This document shows positions 1 to 10,148 of a stretch of 64,000 nt of DNA, in pieces. The notes under the pieces were generated by a model. That model was not told the origin of the DNA. It saw only the letters and a list, made by a program, of their open reading frames with translations, and searched no databases. Made by a program: the position numbers and the translations under genes. Source of the DNA: an uncultured Duncaniella sp. (lineage in GTDB: Bacteria > Bacteroidota > Bacteroidia > Bacteroidales > Muribaculaceae); the NCBI GenBank assembly GCA_910586665.1, contig CAJUIX010000014.1, positions 19,726 to 83,725 on the forward strand, written 5' to 3'. Within the stretch, counting starts at the first letter, position 1. Every line of letters begins with the position of its first letter.

Positions 1-2109
1 ATTACAGGACTGTCTTATTACAACACCAGTCGTTGGACGCTATCTCGAATTAAAAGTCAGGCGGTAGGCGATAACGAACTTTTGCTCAATAACTTCACTG
101 AATATCTTCTTGGATTCAGCCCTAATGTTCATGACGTTCTGAACAAGTTTGAGTTTTTCAATAAGGCTCGCAAACTCGCTGACCGTGATTGCCTTCTCGC
201 GTTGATTGAAAAAATCACCGACCCATATATCAATCTTACCGATAAACCAGCTAAAGATCCTAACGGTTTACCGTTGCCTGCGGTATCAAATTTTGATATG
301 GGCACGATTTTCGAGGAGCTGCTTCGCCGCTTTAATGAAGAAAACAACGAGGAAGCCGGTGAACACTTTACGCCTCGCGACGTTATCCACCTCCTTTCGC
401 AAGTTGTTTTCGACCCGGTAAAAGATAATCTCCCGCCTATTGTTCAGATTTACGACCCTGCCTGCGGCTCCGGCGGTATGCTCACCGAAGCCAGTGAGTA
501 CCTTATTTCACAAGGCATCGACCGCTCTACTATTGAGATTGCCGGCACAGAGATAAACCCCGAGACTTACGCCATCTGTAAATCTGACCTCATTATCAAG
601 AGCGTAAATCCCGATGGTATTTATTGTGGTAATACGATAACCGACAACCATTTCGGCGACCGTAGCTTCGGCTATATGATAACCAACCCTCCTTACGGCA
701 AATCGTGGAAAGAGCATAGAAAGCTAATATATCACGAGAAAGAATTGCTTGACGACCGTTTCCGCAAGCCGCTCGTCAATTTCGCTGGTGAAGAAGAACT
801 GATTGACTGCTGTCCTCGCACGTCTGACGGTCAGTTGCTTTTTGTGCTTGAAATGATTGACCGCATGAAACCACTTGATGTTCAACCACAGGGTACCCGC
901 ATCGCCTCTATCCACAACGGTTCGTCACTCTTTACTGGCGATGCCGGACAAGCAGAAAGCAATATCCGCCGTTACTTGTTGGAAAACGACCTTGTTGAAG
1001 CAATAATCCAACTTCCCAATAACATATTCTACAACACCGGTATATCAACTTATTGCTGGATTCTTACCAACAATAAGGAGGAACGCCGTCGTGGTAAGAT
1101 ACAGCTTATAGATGCTTCACAGGCTTACGAGAAGTTACGCAAGAATCAAGGAAACCGCAACTGCACAATCGAGCCTTTCCGTCAGGCCATATACGATGTC
1201 TATAATTCCAACATCGTATGTGAAGCTACGGAAGATGCACCCATCACCTCAAAAATATTCCCCGTAGATGAATTCCGCTATCACTCCGTCACTATCGAAC
1301 GTCCTCTGCGCCTTCGCGCTCAGTTCAGCGCACAGGCTATCGACGATATGCTCTTTGACCCGAAGCAGGACGAGCTGACACGCTGGCTTTATGGCAAGTA
1401 TGGCGAGCGCGTTTTTGCAGACCTCACTTCCGAAGTTCAGGATATACGCGAATACCTGCAAGACCAGGAAATCAAAATCACCGACAAGAATTTCAAAAAA
1501 CTTATTGACCCCGAAGTTTGGAAATCGCGCCGTGATCTTCAGAATATCGCCAACCACCTCGCCCGAGAAATCGGTACCGCCGTTTTCATGGACTACAACG
1601 AGTTTTTCTCGCTTGCCACCGAAGCAGCCAAGAGTCTCGGCATCAAAATCAGCAAAACCGATCTCGACAAGAAAATTTGTCGCGTAATGGCTGTTACCGA
1701 CCCTGATGCCGTTCCGGTTATCTCCAAAAAGGTTAAACCGACCGCCAAGGACGTTGCTACACTCGTCGATGTTTTTGGAGTTGAGTCAGCCGATTTTGCT
1801 GACTATGGTCTCTATCCGGCTGCCAAGGGCAAAGACCTCATAATTTACGAAAGTGACAGCGATCTTCGCGACAGTGAGAAAATTCCTGTCAATGAAGATA
1901 TTCATGCTTACTTCCTTCGCGAAGTAAGACCTTACGCCGAAGATGCTTGGATAAACCTTCCCGCAACCAAAATCGGCTGCGAAATTTCATTCAATAAGTA
2001 TTTCTACGAACCTAAGCCGCTACGCTCGCTAGAAGAAAACGAAGCCGATATTGTAGCCCTCGACAAAGAAAGTCAGGGCTTAATCCGTTCACTCCTAAAC
2101 CTTGCGTAG
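1..2109 (+). CDS. hsdM: Type I restriction-modification methyltransferase subunit (N6-adenine), 5' end outside window
   Basis: Frame +1 is open from base 1 (ITGLSYYNTS...), so the track start at 82 is internal. Motifs GEHFTPR, YDPACGSGGML (SAM binding), NPPY (catalytic), IFYNTGI. Followed by hsdS and hsdR. Confidence 0.95.
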   Translation: MTGLSYYNTSRWTLSRIKSQAVGDNELLLNNFTEYLLGFSPNVHDVLNKFEFFNKARKLADRDCLLALIEKITDPYINLTDKPAKDPNGLPLPAVSNFDMGTIFEELLRRFNEENNEEAGEHFTPRDVIHLLSQVVFDPVKDNLPPIVQIYDPACGSGGMLTEASEYLISQGIDRSTIEIAGTEINPETYAICKSDLIIKSVNPDGIYCGNTITDNHFGDRSFGYMITNPPYGKSWKEHRKLIYHEKELLDDRFRKPLVNFAGEEELIDCCPRTSDGQLLFVLEMIDRMKPLDVQPQGTRIASIHNGSSLFTGDAGQAESNIRRYLLENDLVEAIIQLPNNIFYNTGISTYCWILTNNKEERRRGKIQLIDASQAYEKLRKNQGNRNCTIEPFRQAIYDVYNSNIVCEATEDAPITSKIFPVDEFRYHSVTIERPLRLRAQFSAQAIDDMLFDPKQDELTRWLYGKYGERVFADLTSEVQDIREYLQDQEIKITDKNFKKLIDPEVWKSRRDLQNIANHLAREIGTAVFMDYNEFFSLATEAAKSLGIKISKTDLDKKICRVMAVTDPDAVPVISKKVKPTAKDVATLVDVFGVESADFADYGLYPAAKGKDLIIYESDSDLRDSEKIPVNEDIHAYFLREVRPYAEDAWINLPATKIGCEISFNKYFYEPKPLRSLEENEADIVALDKESQGLIRSLLNLA

Positions 2110-2113
2110 CCCT

Positions 2114-3196
2114 ATGGAGCAGGTTTTAAATCAAGTTGAAAATAAGATAGTCGCCGATATTCGGACAATAATCGAGCAGTCGCGGCTTCAGGTAGCGGCT
2201 ACCGTCAATGCAGGTATGACCCTTATGTACTGGCACATCGGTGAACGCATCAACCGAGAAGTGCTCGGAGGCGAGCGCGCCGCATACGGCAAGCAGATTG
2301 TCGCGAACCTTTCACAAAAGCTCACGATGGAATATGGCGAAAGTCAATTCTCTGTTAAAAATCTCAACAGGATGCGGCTTTTCGCAGAGAGATTCCCCGA
2401 CTTGTCAATTTGGACACCACTGGTGTCCAAATTATCATGGTCTCATTTCCTGCAGGTTATCCCGATTGAAGATGACATTAAGCGTCAGTTCTACTTGACG
2501 ATGTCGGCTGACCAGCGATGGTCAAAACGCACGCTCAAGGCAAAAATCGACAGCATGCTTTATGAACGGACGGCCATAGCAAAGCAACCGGATGAAGTGA
2601 TTGTGCATGACCTCGAACTGCTTCGCAATGAGCGCAAGATGTCAGCCGACCTCGCATTTCACGACCCCTATTTCATGGAATTTCTCGGGCTTGAGGGTGA
2701 CTATTCCGAAAAAGACCTTGAATCGGCTATCGTCATTGAAATGCAAAAGTTTATAACCGAACTTGGCAATGACTTTGCATTTATGGCTCGGCAGAAACGA
2801 ATCACAGTTGACGATGAGGATTATTATATCGACCTGCTGTTTTTCAATCGCCGCTTGCGCTGTATGGTCGCGATTGACCTTAAATTGACAGACTTCAAGG
2901 CTGCATATAAAGGCCAAATGGAACTTTATCTGCGCTGGCTCGAAAAGTATGAGATGCTTGAAGGAGAGAATAAGCCGATAGGCTTGATTCTCTGCACCGG
3001 TAAAAACGAAGAGCATGTAGAGCTGATGCATCTCCACGAGAGCAATATCCGCGTGGCGGAGTATCTCACGAAGCTGCCCGATAAAAAACTGTTGGAACGC
3101 AAGCTGCAACAGGCTGTCGAGATTGCTAAAGAGAAGATTTTGCACACGTGTGTGCAAAATTCTGATGATTGCGAACCTCTAAACCTCAAAAACTGA
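2114..3196 (+). CDS. DUF1016/YhcG family PD-(D/E)XK nuclease-domain protein
   Basis: YWHIG, LSWSH and DPY..EFL motifs; C-terminal YIDLLFF..IDLK..GQMELY..PIGLILC nuclease motif. ATG at 2114 is 4 nt after the hsdM stop. Confidence 0.9.
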   Translation: MEQVLNQVENKIVADIRTIIEQSRLQVAATVNAGMTLMYWHIGERINREVLGGERAAYGKQIVANLSQKLTMEYGESQFSVKNLNRMRLFAERFPDLSIWTPLVSKLSWSHFLQVIPIEDDIKRQFYLTMSADQRWSKRTLKAKIDSMLYERTAIAKQPDEVIVHDLELLRNERKMSADLAFHDPYFMEFLGLEGDYSEKDLESAIVIEMQKFITELGNDFAFMARQKRITVDDEDYYIDLLFFNRRLRCMVAIDLKLTDFKAAYKGQMELYLRWLEKYEMLEGENKPIGLILCTGKNEEHVELMHLHESNIRVAEYLTKLPDKKLLERKLQQAVEIAKEKILHTCVQNSDDCEPLNLKN

Positions 3197-4497
3197 TGGC
3201 AACCTACGATAGCTATAAGGACAGCGGCGTGAAATGGCTCGGGCAGATACCAAGCCACTGGGAGGTCAAGAAACTTCGCGCCTTTTTTTCGGAAGTAACA
3301 GAAGTTAACACCGCAACTGAAATTCACAATCAATTGCAATTCAAATATGGCACTATCGTTTCCAAACCCGATAACGGGATTGACAACGATGTGCTAAAAA
3401 CGATATCCAGGTATACTATTGTCCGCCCCGGCGATATTGTTATAAACGGCCTCAATCTCAATTACGACTTCATTTCATTCCGCGTTGGGAAGGTTGACAA
3501 ATTGGGAGTTATAACATCTGCATATATTTCTATGCGTCCTAATCCCGACCTTTCAGCCAAATTCTACGAATATCTGCTGAAAGCTATGGACGCGAAGAAA
3601 GTTTTTCATGGCTTCGGCACAGGTATTCGTGCAACCCTTTCTTTCAAAGAGTTAAAGCATAAACCAATTCCATTGGTCCCCATTGCTGAGCAGGAGACGA
3701 TTGTTGCGTATTTGGATAAGGTTACGGGAGAAATTGACCGTGCAATCGAGGCACAGCAGAGGATGATTGACGCTCTTAACGAGCGTAAGCAAATCATCAT
3801 CACTCGCGCCGTTACTCGTGGACTAAACCCCGATGCTCCGCTGCGCGACTCCAGCATTGACTGGCTCGGTCAAATCCCCGAGCACTGGGAAATAAAGAAA
3901 CTAAAATCTCTCGCAGATATTAAAGGTCGTATAGGATTTCGTGGTTACACAAACTCTGATTTGGTTGAACAAGGTCAAGGAGCTATCACCTTAAGTCCTT
4001 CAAATATTGTCAATGGCAAAATGAATTATAGTAAATGTTCTTATTTGTCTTGGCATAAGTATTACGAATCGCCTGAAATAATGGTAAGTAATGGGCATAT
4101 TTTATTCGTAAAAACTGGCTCATCTTATGGCAAGACTGCATTTGTAACGAACTTACCCTTGGAAGCTACAATCAATCCACAGTTTTCGTTAATCAAACCT
4201 CGTACTATTGACGCTTTCTTTTTGAATTACGCTATTTCTTCTCAATATTTCAAACTTCAAGTTGAAAAAGGCGTTATCGGTAGTACGATTCCAACGATTT
4301 CTCAAAGTGCTATAGGTAGTATGTTGGTTTTAACCCCTCCTGTCAATGAACAAATTTCCATCAAAGAATATCTAAATACACTTTTTGAAAATTTAGATAA
4401 AGTTATCTTAAATTGCGAACGAATGATATCCTTGCTTCAGGAGCGTAAGCAAATAATTATAAACGAAGTAGTAACCGGCAAAAAGAAAGTGATATGA
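3196..4497 (+). CDS. hsdS: Type I R-M specificity subunit
   Basis: Two TRDs with repeated conserved blocks (DSGVKWLGQIPSHWEVKKL / DSSIDWLGQIPEHWEIKKL; LNERKQIIITRAVT / LQERKQIIINEVVT). Start at 3196 chosen from the TGATG overlap. Confidence 0.95.
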   Translation: MATYDSYKDSGVKWLGQIPSHWEVKKLRAFFSEVTEVNTATEIHNQLQFKYGTIVSKPDNGIDNDVLKTISRYTIVRPGDIVINGLNLNYDFISFRVGKVDKLGVITSAYISMRPNPDLSAKFYEYLLKAMDAKKVFHGFGTGIRATLSFKELKHKPIPLVPIAEQETIVAYLDKVTGEIDRAIEAQQRMIDALNERKQIIITRAVTRGLNPDAPLRDSSIDWLGQIPEHWEIKKLKSLADIKGRIGFRGYTNSDLVEQGQGAITLSPSNIVNGKMNYSKCSYLSWHKYYESPEIMVSNGHILFVKTGSSYGKTAFVTNLPLEATINPQFSLIKPRTIDAFFLNYAISSQYFKLQVEKGVIGSTIPTISQSAIGSMLVLTPPVNEQISIKEYLNTLFENLDKVILNCERMISLLQERKQIIINEVVTGKKKVI

Positions 4498-7400
4498 CAC
4501 AGACAAATACTCATGAAGACGGGGTTGAACAGTTGATAGAACGTGCTCTTGTCGGTTCTACTATCGAGGAACGCCGTCAGCATGGCATAACTCTCGCCGC
4601 TGAATTCGCCGACCGTCAGCAACCGGGCGACTATTTCTATTGGGGGCGCCCTGAAGATTTTAATAAGGATGTGGCAGTTGACACGCGCCGTCTCTGGTCG
4701 TTCCTCGAAGCCACGCAGCGAGACCTTCTCACCAAATGGCGAGGACGCGGAGAAATGCACGAGCGTATCGAAAAAGAGATTAAGAGAAAGATCGAAACCG
4801 TCGGTTCTCTTGAAGTGCTTCGAAAGGGCATTGAGGTTGATAATCTGCAAGGTGACAAGCGACTGCGCCTTTTCTATCCTCGTCCGAGTCAAGCCGACTC
4901 AGACGCAAGCCATATATTGTATGGGCTTAACCAGTTTTCCGTAACCCGACAGGCAACTTATTCAAAGTTGCGTCCAGGTAATGAGCTTGACATGGTAATC
5001 TATGTGAACGGTCTGCCAATCTTCACTTTTGAATTGAAGAATCCGTGGACAGGACAGACTGCCAAATATGATGCCATAAAGCAATATCGCGAACAGCGCG
5101 ACCCTCGCGACCCGATGCTTATGTTCGGGCGCTGTCTCGCTCACTTCGCTATTGACAAAGACGAAATCTATTCCTGCACCCGTCTGTCAGGCAGAAGTTC
5201 TTTCTTTATGCCCTTCAATCAGGGGATGCCTAACGGTCAGGGGACCGGTAATCCGATAAATCCCAACGGTCATAAAACTTCATACCTTTGGGAACGCATT
5301 TTGCGTAAAGATGTAATTGCCGACCTTATCTCGAACTTCGCCATGATGGATTATGGCGAATCGAAAAAGAAACAAGCGGTACCGCACATCTTGCGCAATG
5401 CTAAAAAACTTATTTTCCCGCGTTATCACCAACTCGATGTGGTGAACCGACTTCTTGAAGAAGTAGGAACCAAGGGCGTAGGCGGACAATACCTTATTCA
5501 GCACTCTGCCGGTTCGGGTAAATCTAATTCAATTGCCTGGCTCGCCTTGAAACTTATCAAGGCAACCCCTAAAACCATGGACGCTATCCGCGCAATAGCA
5601 CTCGACAGGCAACTGTTTCAGACCATAATCATAGTTACCGACCGAAAGGTGCTTGACGCTCAACTTACTGCTAACGTCAAGGCTTTTGCGTCCGGCAAAA
5701 ATATCGTTACCCATGCCGATAGTTCTGCGCAACTGCGCCAAGCTATTGAGGACGGGAAGCGTATCATACTCACTACAATACAGAAATTCCCATACATTGT
5801 CGGCGACATTGCCGACATGAAGGACAATAACTTTGCTGTCATCATAGACGAGGCACACAGCAGCCAGAGCGGTATCGCCGCCGATAAGCTGAATGCTTCG
5901 CTCGGTCGTGATGAAGACCAGAACGGTGGTGATATTGACGAACTTATCGACCGTCTTATTCAGGAACGTAAGATGAGTGCCAATGCCTCTTACTTTGCAT
6001 TTACAGCTACTCCCAAGCGCGAAACCCTTGAACGCTTTGGTGTGGCTATGCCCGACGGCAGTTTCCGACCGTTCCATCTCTATTCGATGAAACAGGCTAT
6101 TGAGGAAGGATTTATTCGCGACGTTCTCACAAACTACACCACATACCACAGCTTCTACGAAGTTGCCAAACGCACCGAGGAAAATCCCGAGTATGACGAG
6201 GCTCGCGCTCAGAAATTGCTTCGCAAAATGGTTGAGCGTGAACCGCACACCATCGCTGCAAAGGCTGATGTCATGCTTAGCCATTTTGATGCAAAAGTGT
6301 TCCGATCGCGTAAGTTAGCCGGTAAAGCCAAGGCGATGGTCGTAACCAAGGATATAGAGTGCGCTATCCGCTATTACTTCGCGCTCCGTAAACTCGCCGA
6401 AGAAAGACATTTGCCTTATAATATCCTTGTTGCCTTCTCCGGCACAAAGGAGGTGGACGGTGTGGAATATACCGAAGCCGGACTTAATGGTTTTCCCGAC
6501 TCAAAAACGCCTGAGGAATTTGAAAAAACCGAAAACCGAATACTTGTCGTTGCCAACAAATATCTTACAGGCTTCGATCAGGAACTGCTATCCACAATGT
6601 ATATCGACAAGCCGCTTGGCGGAGTCCTTGCGGTTCAGACCCTGTCGCGTCTAAATCGCATATCGCCTGAGAACAACAAGCGCAACGAAGACATCTTTGT
6701 GCTCGACTTCTTCAACACGGTTGACGATATGAAAGCCGCGTTTGATGATTTCTATACCTCAACAACACTCGACCAGGCAACCGACCCCAATGTTCTAAGC
6801 GAGCTTCGCAGTACACTTTTAGACCTCGGCGTTTTTACTGAGGAGGAAGTGGAACAATTCAACGAACTGTTCCACCGAGGAGCTGAGCAAGACGAGCTCT
6901 CTCCAATCCTCGATACCGCGCAAAACCGCTATGACAATGAAATCGAGTGGCCCGAAAACGGTAAAGCGGACTTTAAAATGAAGTGTAAGCAATTCGTTAA
7001 AGTCTATTCTCGAATTGCCGCCCTTATGGTTTTCGATGCTCCTGCGTGGGAAAAGATGTACTGGTATCTGCGCTTGCTCATCCCTCAATTGAAGGTGCCG
7101 CAGAACGGAGGTATTGATATTTCCGATCTGCTTGACAACACCGACTTAAATACATATTGCCTCAGCAGAACTGCTCTGAACGAGCATATTCAGCTTGAAT
7201 CTGAGGAAACGCGCCTCGACCCGCTCGCGCCTAAAATGGTAAATGGTGGAGGCAATGAAGAAGACCGCACAGCCTTTGACATTATTCTTGAACATTTCAA
7301 CGAAAAGCACATGAGTGGTTGGGAGGCAACGCCCGACGAACAGCGCACCAAAGTAGTACGCATTGCTCAGCTCGTTACTCAACAGACGCAATATCAGAAT

Positions 7401-7643
7401 ACAGTCGTAGGCAATCCCGACACAGAAGCCGCAGAGCGTATGTTTCAGGATATTCTCAACCGCGCAATGGCTCAGCAACGCAATTCCGACCTGTCGCTCT
7501 ATCGACAGTTCCGTGCAGATGAGACTTTCCGCCATGACTTCGCTAACCTCGTCCGCGCAGCCATCGAAAATGCCGACCACCTAAGCAACATTCAGTATTA
7601 CTCCGGCTCTCAAGGCTCCAACTTAATAGCAGCAGAACCATAA
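4494..7643 (+). CDS. hsdR: Type I R-M restriction subunit (nuclease + SF2 translocase)
   Basis: DMVIYVNGLPIFTFELK nuclease motif, QHSAGSGKS Walker A, DEAH, FTATP, LTGFD, QTLSRLNR. ATGA overlap with hsdS. Confidence 0.95.
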   Translation: MTQTNTHEDGVEQLIERALVGSTIEERRQHGITLAAEFADRQQPGDYFYWGRPEDFNKDVAVDTRRLWSFLEATQRDLLTKWRGRGEMHERIEKEIKRKIETVGSLEVLRKGIEVDNLQGDKRLRLFYPRPSQADSDASHILYGLNQFSVTRQATYSKLRPGNELDMVIYVNGLPIFTFELKNPWTGQTAKYDAIKQYREQRDPRDPMLMFGRCLAHFAIDKDEIYSCTRLSGRSSFFMPFNQGMPNGQGTGNPINPNGHKTSYLWERILRKDVIADLISNFAMMDYGESKKKQAVPHILRNAKKLIFPRYHQLDVVNRLLEEVGTKGVGGQYLIQHSAGSGKSNSIAWLALKLIKATPKTMDAIRAIALDRQLFQTIIIVTDRKVLDAQLTANVKAFASGKNIVTHADSSAQLRQAIEDGKRIILTTIQKFPYIVGDIADMKDNNFAVIIDEAHSSQSGIAADKLNASLGRDEDQNGGDIDELIDRLIQERKMSANASYFAFTATPKRETLERFGVAMPDGSFRPFHLYSMKQAIEEGFIRDVLTNYTTYHSFYEVAKRTEENPEYDEARAQKLLRKMVEREPHTIAAKADVMLSHFDAKVFRSRKLAGKAKAMVVTKDIECAIRYYFALRKLAEERHLPYNILVAFSGTKEVDGVEYTEAGLNGFPDSKTPEEFEKTENRILVVANKYLTGFDQELLSTMYIDKPLGGVLAVQTLSRLNRISPENNKRNEDIFVLDFFNTVDDMKAAFDDFYTSTTLDQATDPNVLSELRSTLLDLGVFTEEEVEQFNELFHRGAEQDELSPILDTAQNRYDNEIEWPENGKADFKMKCKQFVKVYSRIAALMVFDAPAWEKMYWYLRLLIPQLKVPQNGGIDISDLLDNTDLNTYCLSRTALNEHIQLESEETRLDPLAPKMVNGGGNEEDRTAFDIILEHFNEKHMSGWEATPDEQRTKVVRIAQLVTQQTQYQNTVVGNPDTEAAERMFQDILNRAMAQQRNSDLSLYRQFRADETFRHDFANLVRAAIENADHLSNIQYYSGSQGSNLIAAEP

Positions 7644-7653
7644 ATATCAATTC

Positions 7654-8649
7654 ATGGGAAATACCTATTATATTTTAGCAAACGATACAACGGTCATTGA
7701 TCGTTTTCATATATGCACTTGGGAACTTCCACGAGAATCTTCTTACATAGAATTTGGCCTGGAATTTCCACCAGAAACTTTCAAAAATAGCAATACTATT
7801 GAATTTTATCTGGCTATTCCAGATGTCAGACACAATGATTCGGTAACGTGTTTGTTGGATAATTTATCAGATCCACAGAACGGTCGTTTTGTCTTTAACG
7901 ATATCGTTACTGGCATTGATAATATTGGTGAGGATTCTAGAGACGGGAAAATCATCAAATTCGAAAACCGGGATAACATGACATTGCTTCCTTGTACTAT
8001 TAACATCAAAGATGGTATTATTTGTCTTAAATTAAGGAAGCCCGGAAAACATGAAGGGAGTCTCTATTGTAGAATTCTCGTAAAATATGAGAAGCGTGGA
8101 ATCGCAATAAAGAAAAAGGGGATTGCGCAAACCACATACATATATGATTTAAAAATAAATGAAAAGCGTAATCTTCCTCAATCGGTATATGAGTTAAAAA
8201 ACTCTCAAAATTTAAAAATTTGCTATATACGGAAGTTGTTTTGTCTGCATGCATTGCCTGATAATTTCACTTTTAGTTTTATCGATAATTCAAAATTGAA
8301 AAATATAAGGAAATTGGAATCTTCAGCATTTCAACGATATCTTCCACAGATTATGGGAATCAGCAAAGATTGCTACAATATCATGTTTTTGAAAGATGAA
8401 GCAAAAGATGATAACTATAGCTATTCATTGTTCACGGTCTGCACAGAAGAAACTATTGGTTCTAAACAGATTGCTTTGGCTATTGGTGCTAATATTTTGT
8501 GTACGTTATTGTTCGCTATATCTTCTTTGAAATTGGATGATTCCATAGGGTGGTATCTTCAAATACCATGGGAGTATTGGGCTGCACTGGGAATTGTAAT
8601 AGCTTTAGGCCTCTATTTATTGATTCCATTAAAAAGATTACGTAAATGA
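7654..8649 (+). CDS. Hypothetical protein with two predicted C-terminal transmembrane helices
   Basis: 331-aa AT-rich ORF 10 nt after hsdR. Hydrophobic IALAIGANILCTLLFAIS and YWAALGIVIALGLYLLIPL followed by basic KRLRK. No family recognised. Confidence 0.75.
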   Translation: MGNTYYILANDTTVIDRFHICTWELPRESSYIEFGLEFPPETFKNSNTIEFYLAIPDVRHNDSVTCLLDNLSDPQNGRFVFNDIVTGIDNIGEDSRDGKIIKFENRDNMTLLPCTINIKDGIICLKLRKPGKHEGSLYCRILVKYEKRGIAIKKKGIAQTTYIYDLKINEKRNLPQSVYELKNSQNLKICYIRKLFCLHALPDNFTFSFIDNSKLKNIRKLESSAFQRYLPQIMGISKDCYNIMFLKDEAKDDNYSYSLFTVCTEETIGSKQIALAIGANILCTLLFAISSLKLDDSIGWYLQIPWEYWAALGIVIALGLYLLIPLKRLRK

Positions 8650-10148
8650 AAGCATTGTTAGATACTAATATTATAATTCATAGGGAAGCAAATAAAATTG
8701 TTTCTCAGGATATTGGCATTTTATATCGTTGGTTGGAGCGAGGAAAATACACTAAATGTATTCATTCTGCTACAATCGAAGAGATAAAAAAGAATCCAAA
8801 CAAAGAAACGGTTGATTTATTTCTCGTTAAGTTGTCAAGCTATGAGGTTGTGGATTTACCGTCACCGATGCATCGTGATATCACAGCCATATCTTCTCGA
8901 TTTGATTCAACTAATAACGACCATGTTGATAGTATTTTATTGAACGAGGTTTACGTTGGCCGAGTTGATATTCTAATTACGGAAGATAAGAAAATACATC
9001 GTAAAGCTCAAGCTTTAGGAATTCAGGATAATGTCTTTACCATTGATTCTTTCTTAGAGAAAACCTTTGCAGAACATCCAGAACTCGTCAATTACAAGGT
9101 CCTAAATGTTCAGAAACTTAAATTTGGGAAAATAAATGTCAGCGACCCTTTCTTTGATAGTCTCAAAGAAGATTATGAAGGGTTTGACAACTGGTTTATC
9201 CGAAAATATGATGATGAAGCATACATTACCATTAACTCTAATAATGGGATGCTATTATCTTTTCTATATTTAAAGATAGAGGATGAACATGAGAATTATT
9301 CAGATATTATTCCATCTTTTCCGCCTAAAAAAAGACTAAAAATTGGGACATTTAAGGTCATTAGCAATGGCTTCCGACTAGGAGAGCGGTTTGTAAAAAT
9401 TATTTTTGACAATGCTCTAAAAAATCATGTTCATGAAATATATGTAACCGTTTATGATAAACGGCCAGAACAAAGAAGGCTTATCGAACTGCTAGAGCAA
9501 TGGGGCTTTATTTTATGGGGTAAGAAAGGTGAAGAATCTGTATATATTAGAGATTTCACGCCTAAGTTTTCAACTTCTAACTTAAGGAGTAGTTTTCCGT
9601 ATATATCGAAGAATAATAGTATTTTCATTGTTCCGATATATCCTGAATACCATACGGAATTACTACCGGATTCAATATTAAATACTGAATCGACAGAGGA
9701 GTTTATTGAGGATTTCCCTCACCGAAATTGTATCAATAAGGTATATGTTTCCAGAGCTGTGGAGCCGTTCCCAGGCGCAGGAGATATTTTGGTATTCTAT
9801 CGTACAGGTGGCTATTACAAGAGTGTTATCACAACAATTGGAGTAGTCCAAGATGTTCGGTTTGACTTCCAGGACGAGGATGATTTCATACTTCATTGTC
9901 GCAAAAAAAGTGTATATCCGGAACAAGACTTACGAAATATGTGGAGGCATTCTGAAAGGAAACCATTTGTCGTGAGCTTTTTATATACATATTCTTTCCC
10001 TCATCGCATAAATATGAAGGAACTAATTGATCTAGGTGTTCTCTTAGGTGTTAATGATGCGCCTCGTGGATTTAAGCCAATTACCAAGAATCAATTTGAA
10101 ATCATTTTAAGTGCAACCAAAAGTGATGAGAGTTTTATTATCGATTAA
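8646..10148 (+). CDS. PIN domain + GNAT-like acetyltransferase + C-terminal PUA/EVE/ASCH-like fusion protein
   Basis: PIN: ALLDTNIII, IEE, HVDS, ILITEDKKI. GNAT-like: LKIGTFKV..GFRLGERF..IYVT..LLEQWGF. PUA-like: IVPIYPEY..KVY..GDILVFY..ITTIGVV. ATGA overlap with the upstream ORF. Confidence 0.8.
   Translation: MKALLDTNIIIHREANKIVSQDIGILYRWLERGKYTKCIHSATIEEIKKNPNKETVDLFLVKLSSYEVVDLPSPMHRDITAISSRFDSTNNDHVDSILLNEVYVGRVDILITEDKKIHRKAQALGIQDNVFTIDSFLEKTFAEHPELVNYKVLNVQKLKFGKINVSDPFFDSLKEDYEGFDNWFIRKYDDEAYITINSNNGMLLSFLYLKIEDEHENYSDIIPSFPPKKRLKIGTFKVISNGFRLGERFVKIIFDNALKNHVHEIYVTVYDKRPEQRRLIELLEQWGFILWGKKGEESVYIRDFTPKFSTSNLRSSFPYISKNNSIFIVPIYPEYHTELLPDSILNTESTEEFIEDFPHRNCINKVYVSRAVEPFPGAGDILVFYRTGGYYKSVITTIGVVQDVRFDFQDEDDFILHCRKKSVYPEQDLRNMWRHSERKPFVVSFLYTYSFPHRINMKELIDLGVLLGVNDAPRGFKPITKNQFEIILSATKSDESFIID

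Noticed and set aside
3196..4497. Phase-variable invertible hsdS shufflon
   Set aside because: Only one hsdS, the repeats are direct rather than inverted, and no recombinase is in the window. The region left of base 1 cannot be assessed.
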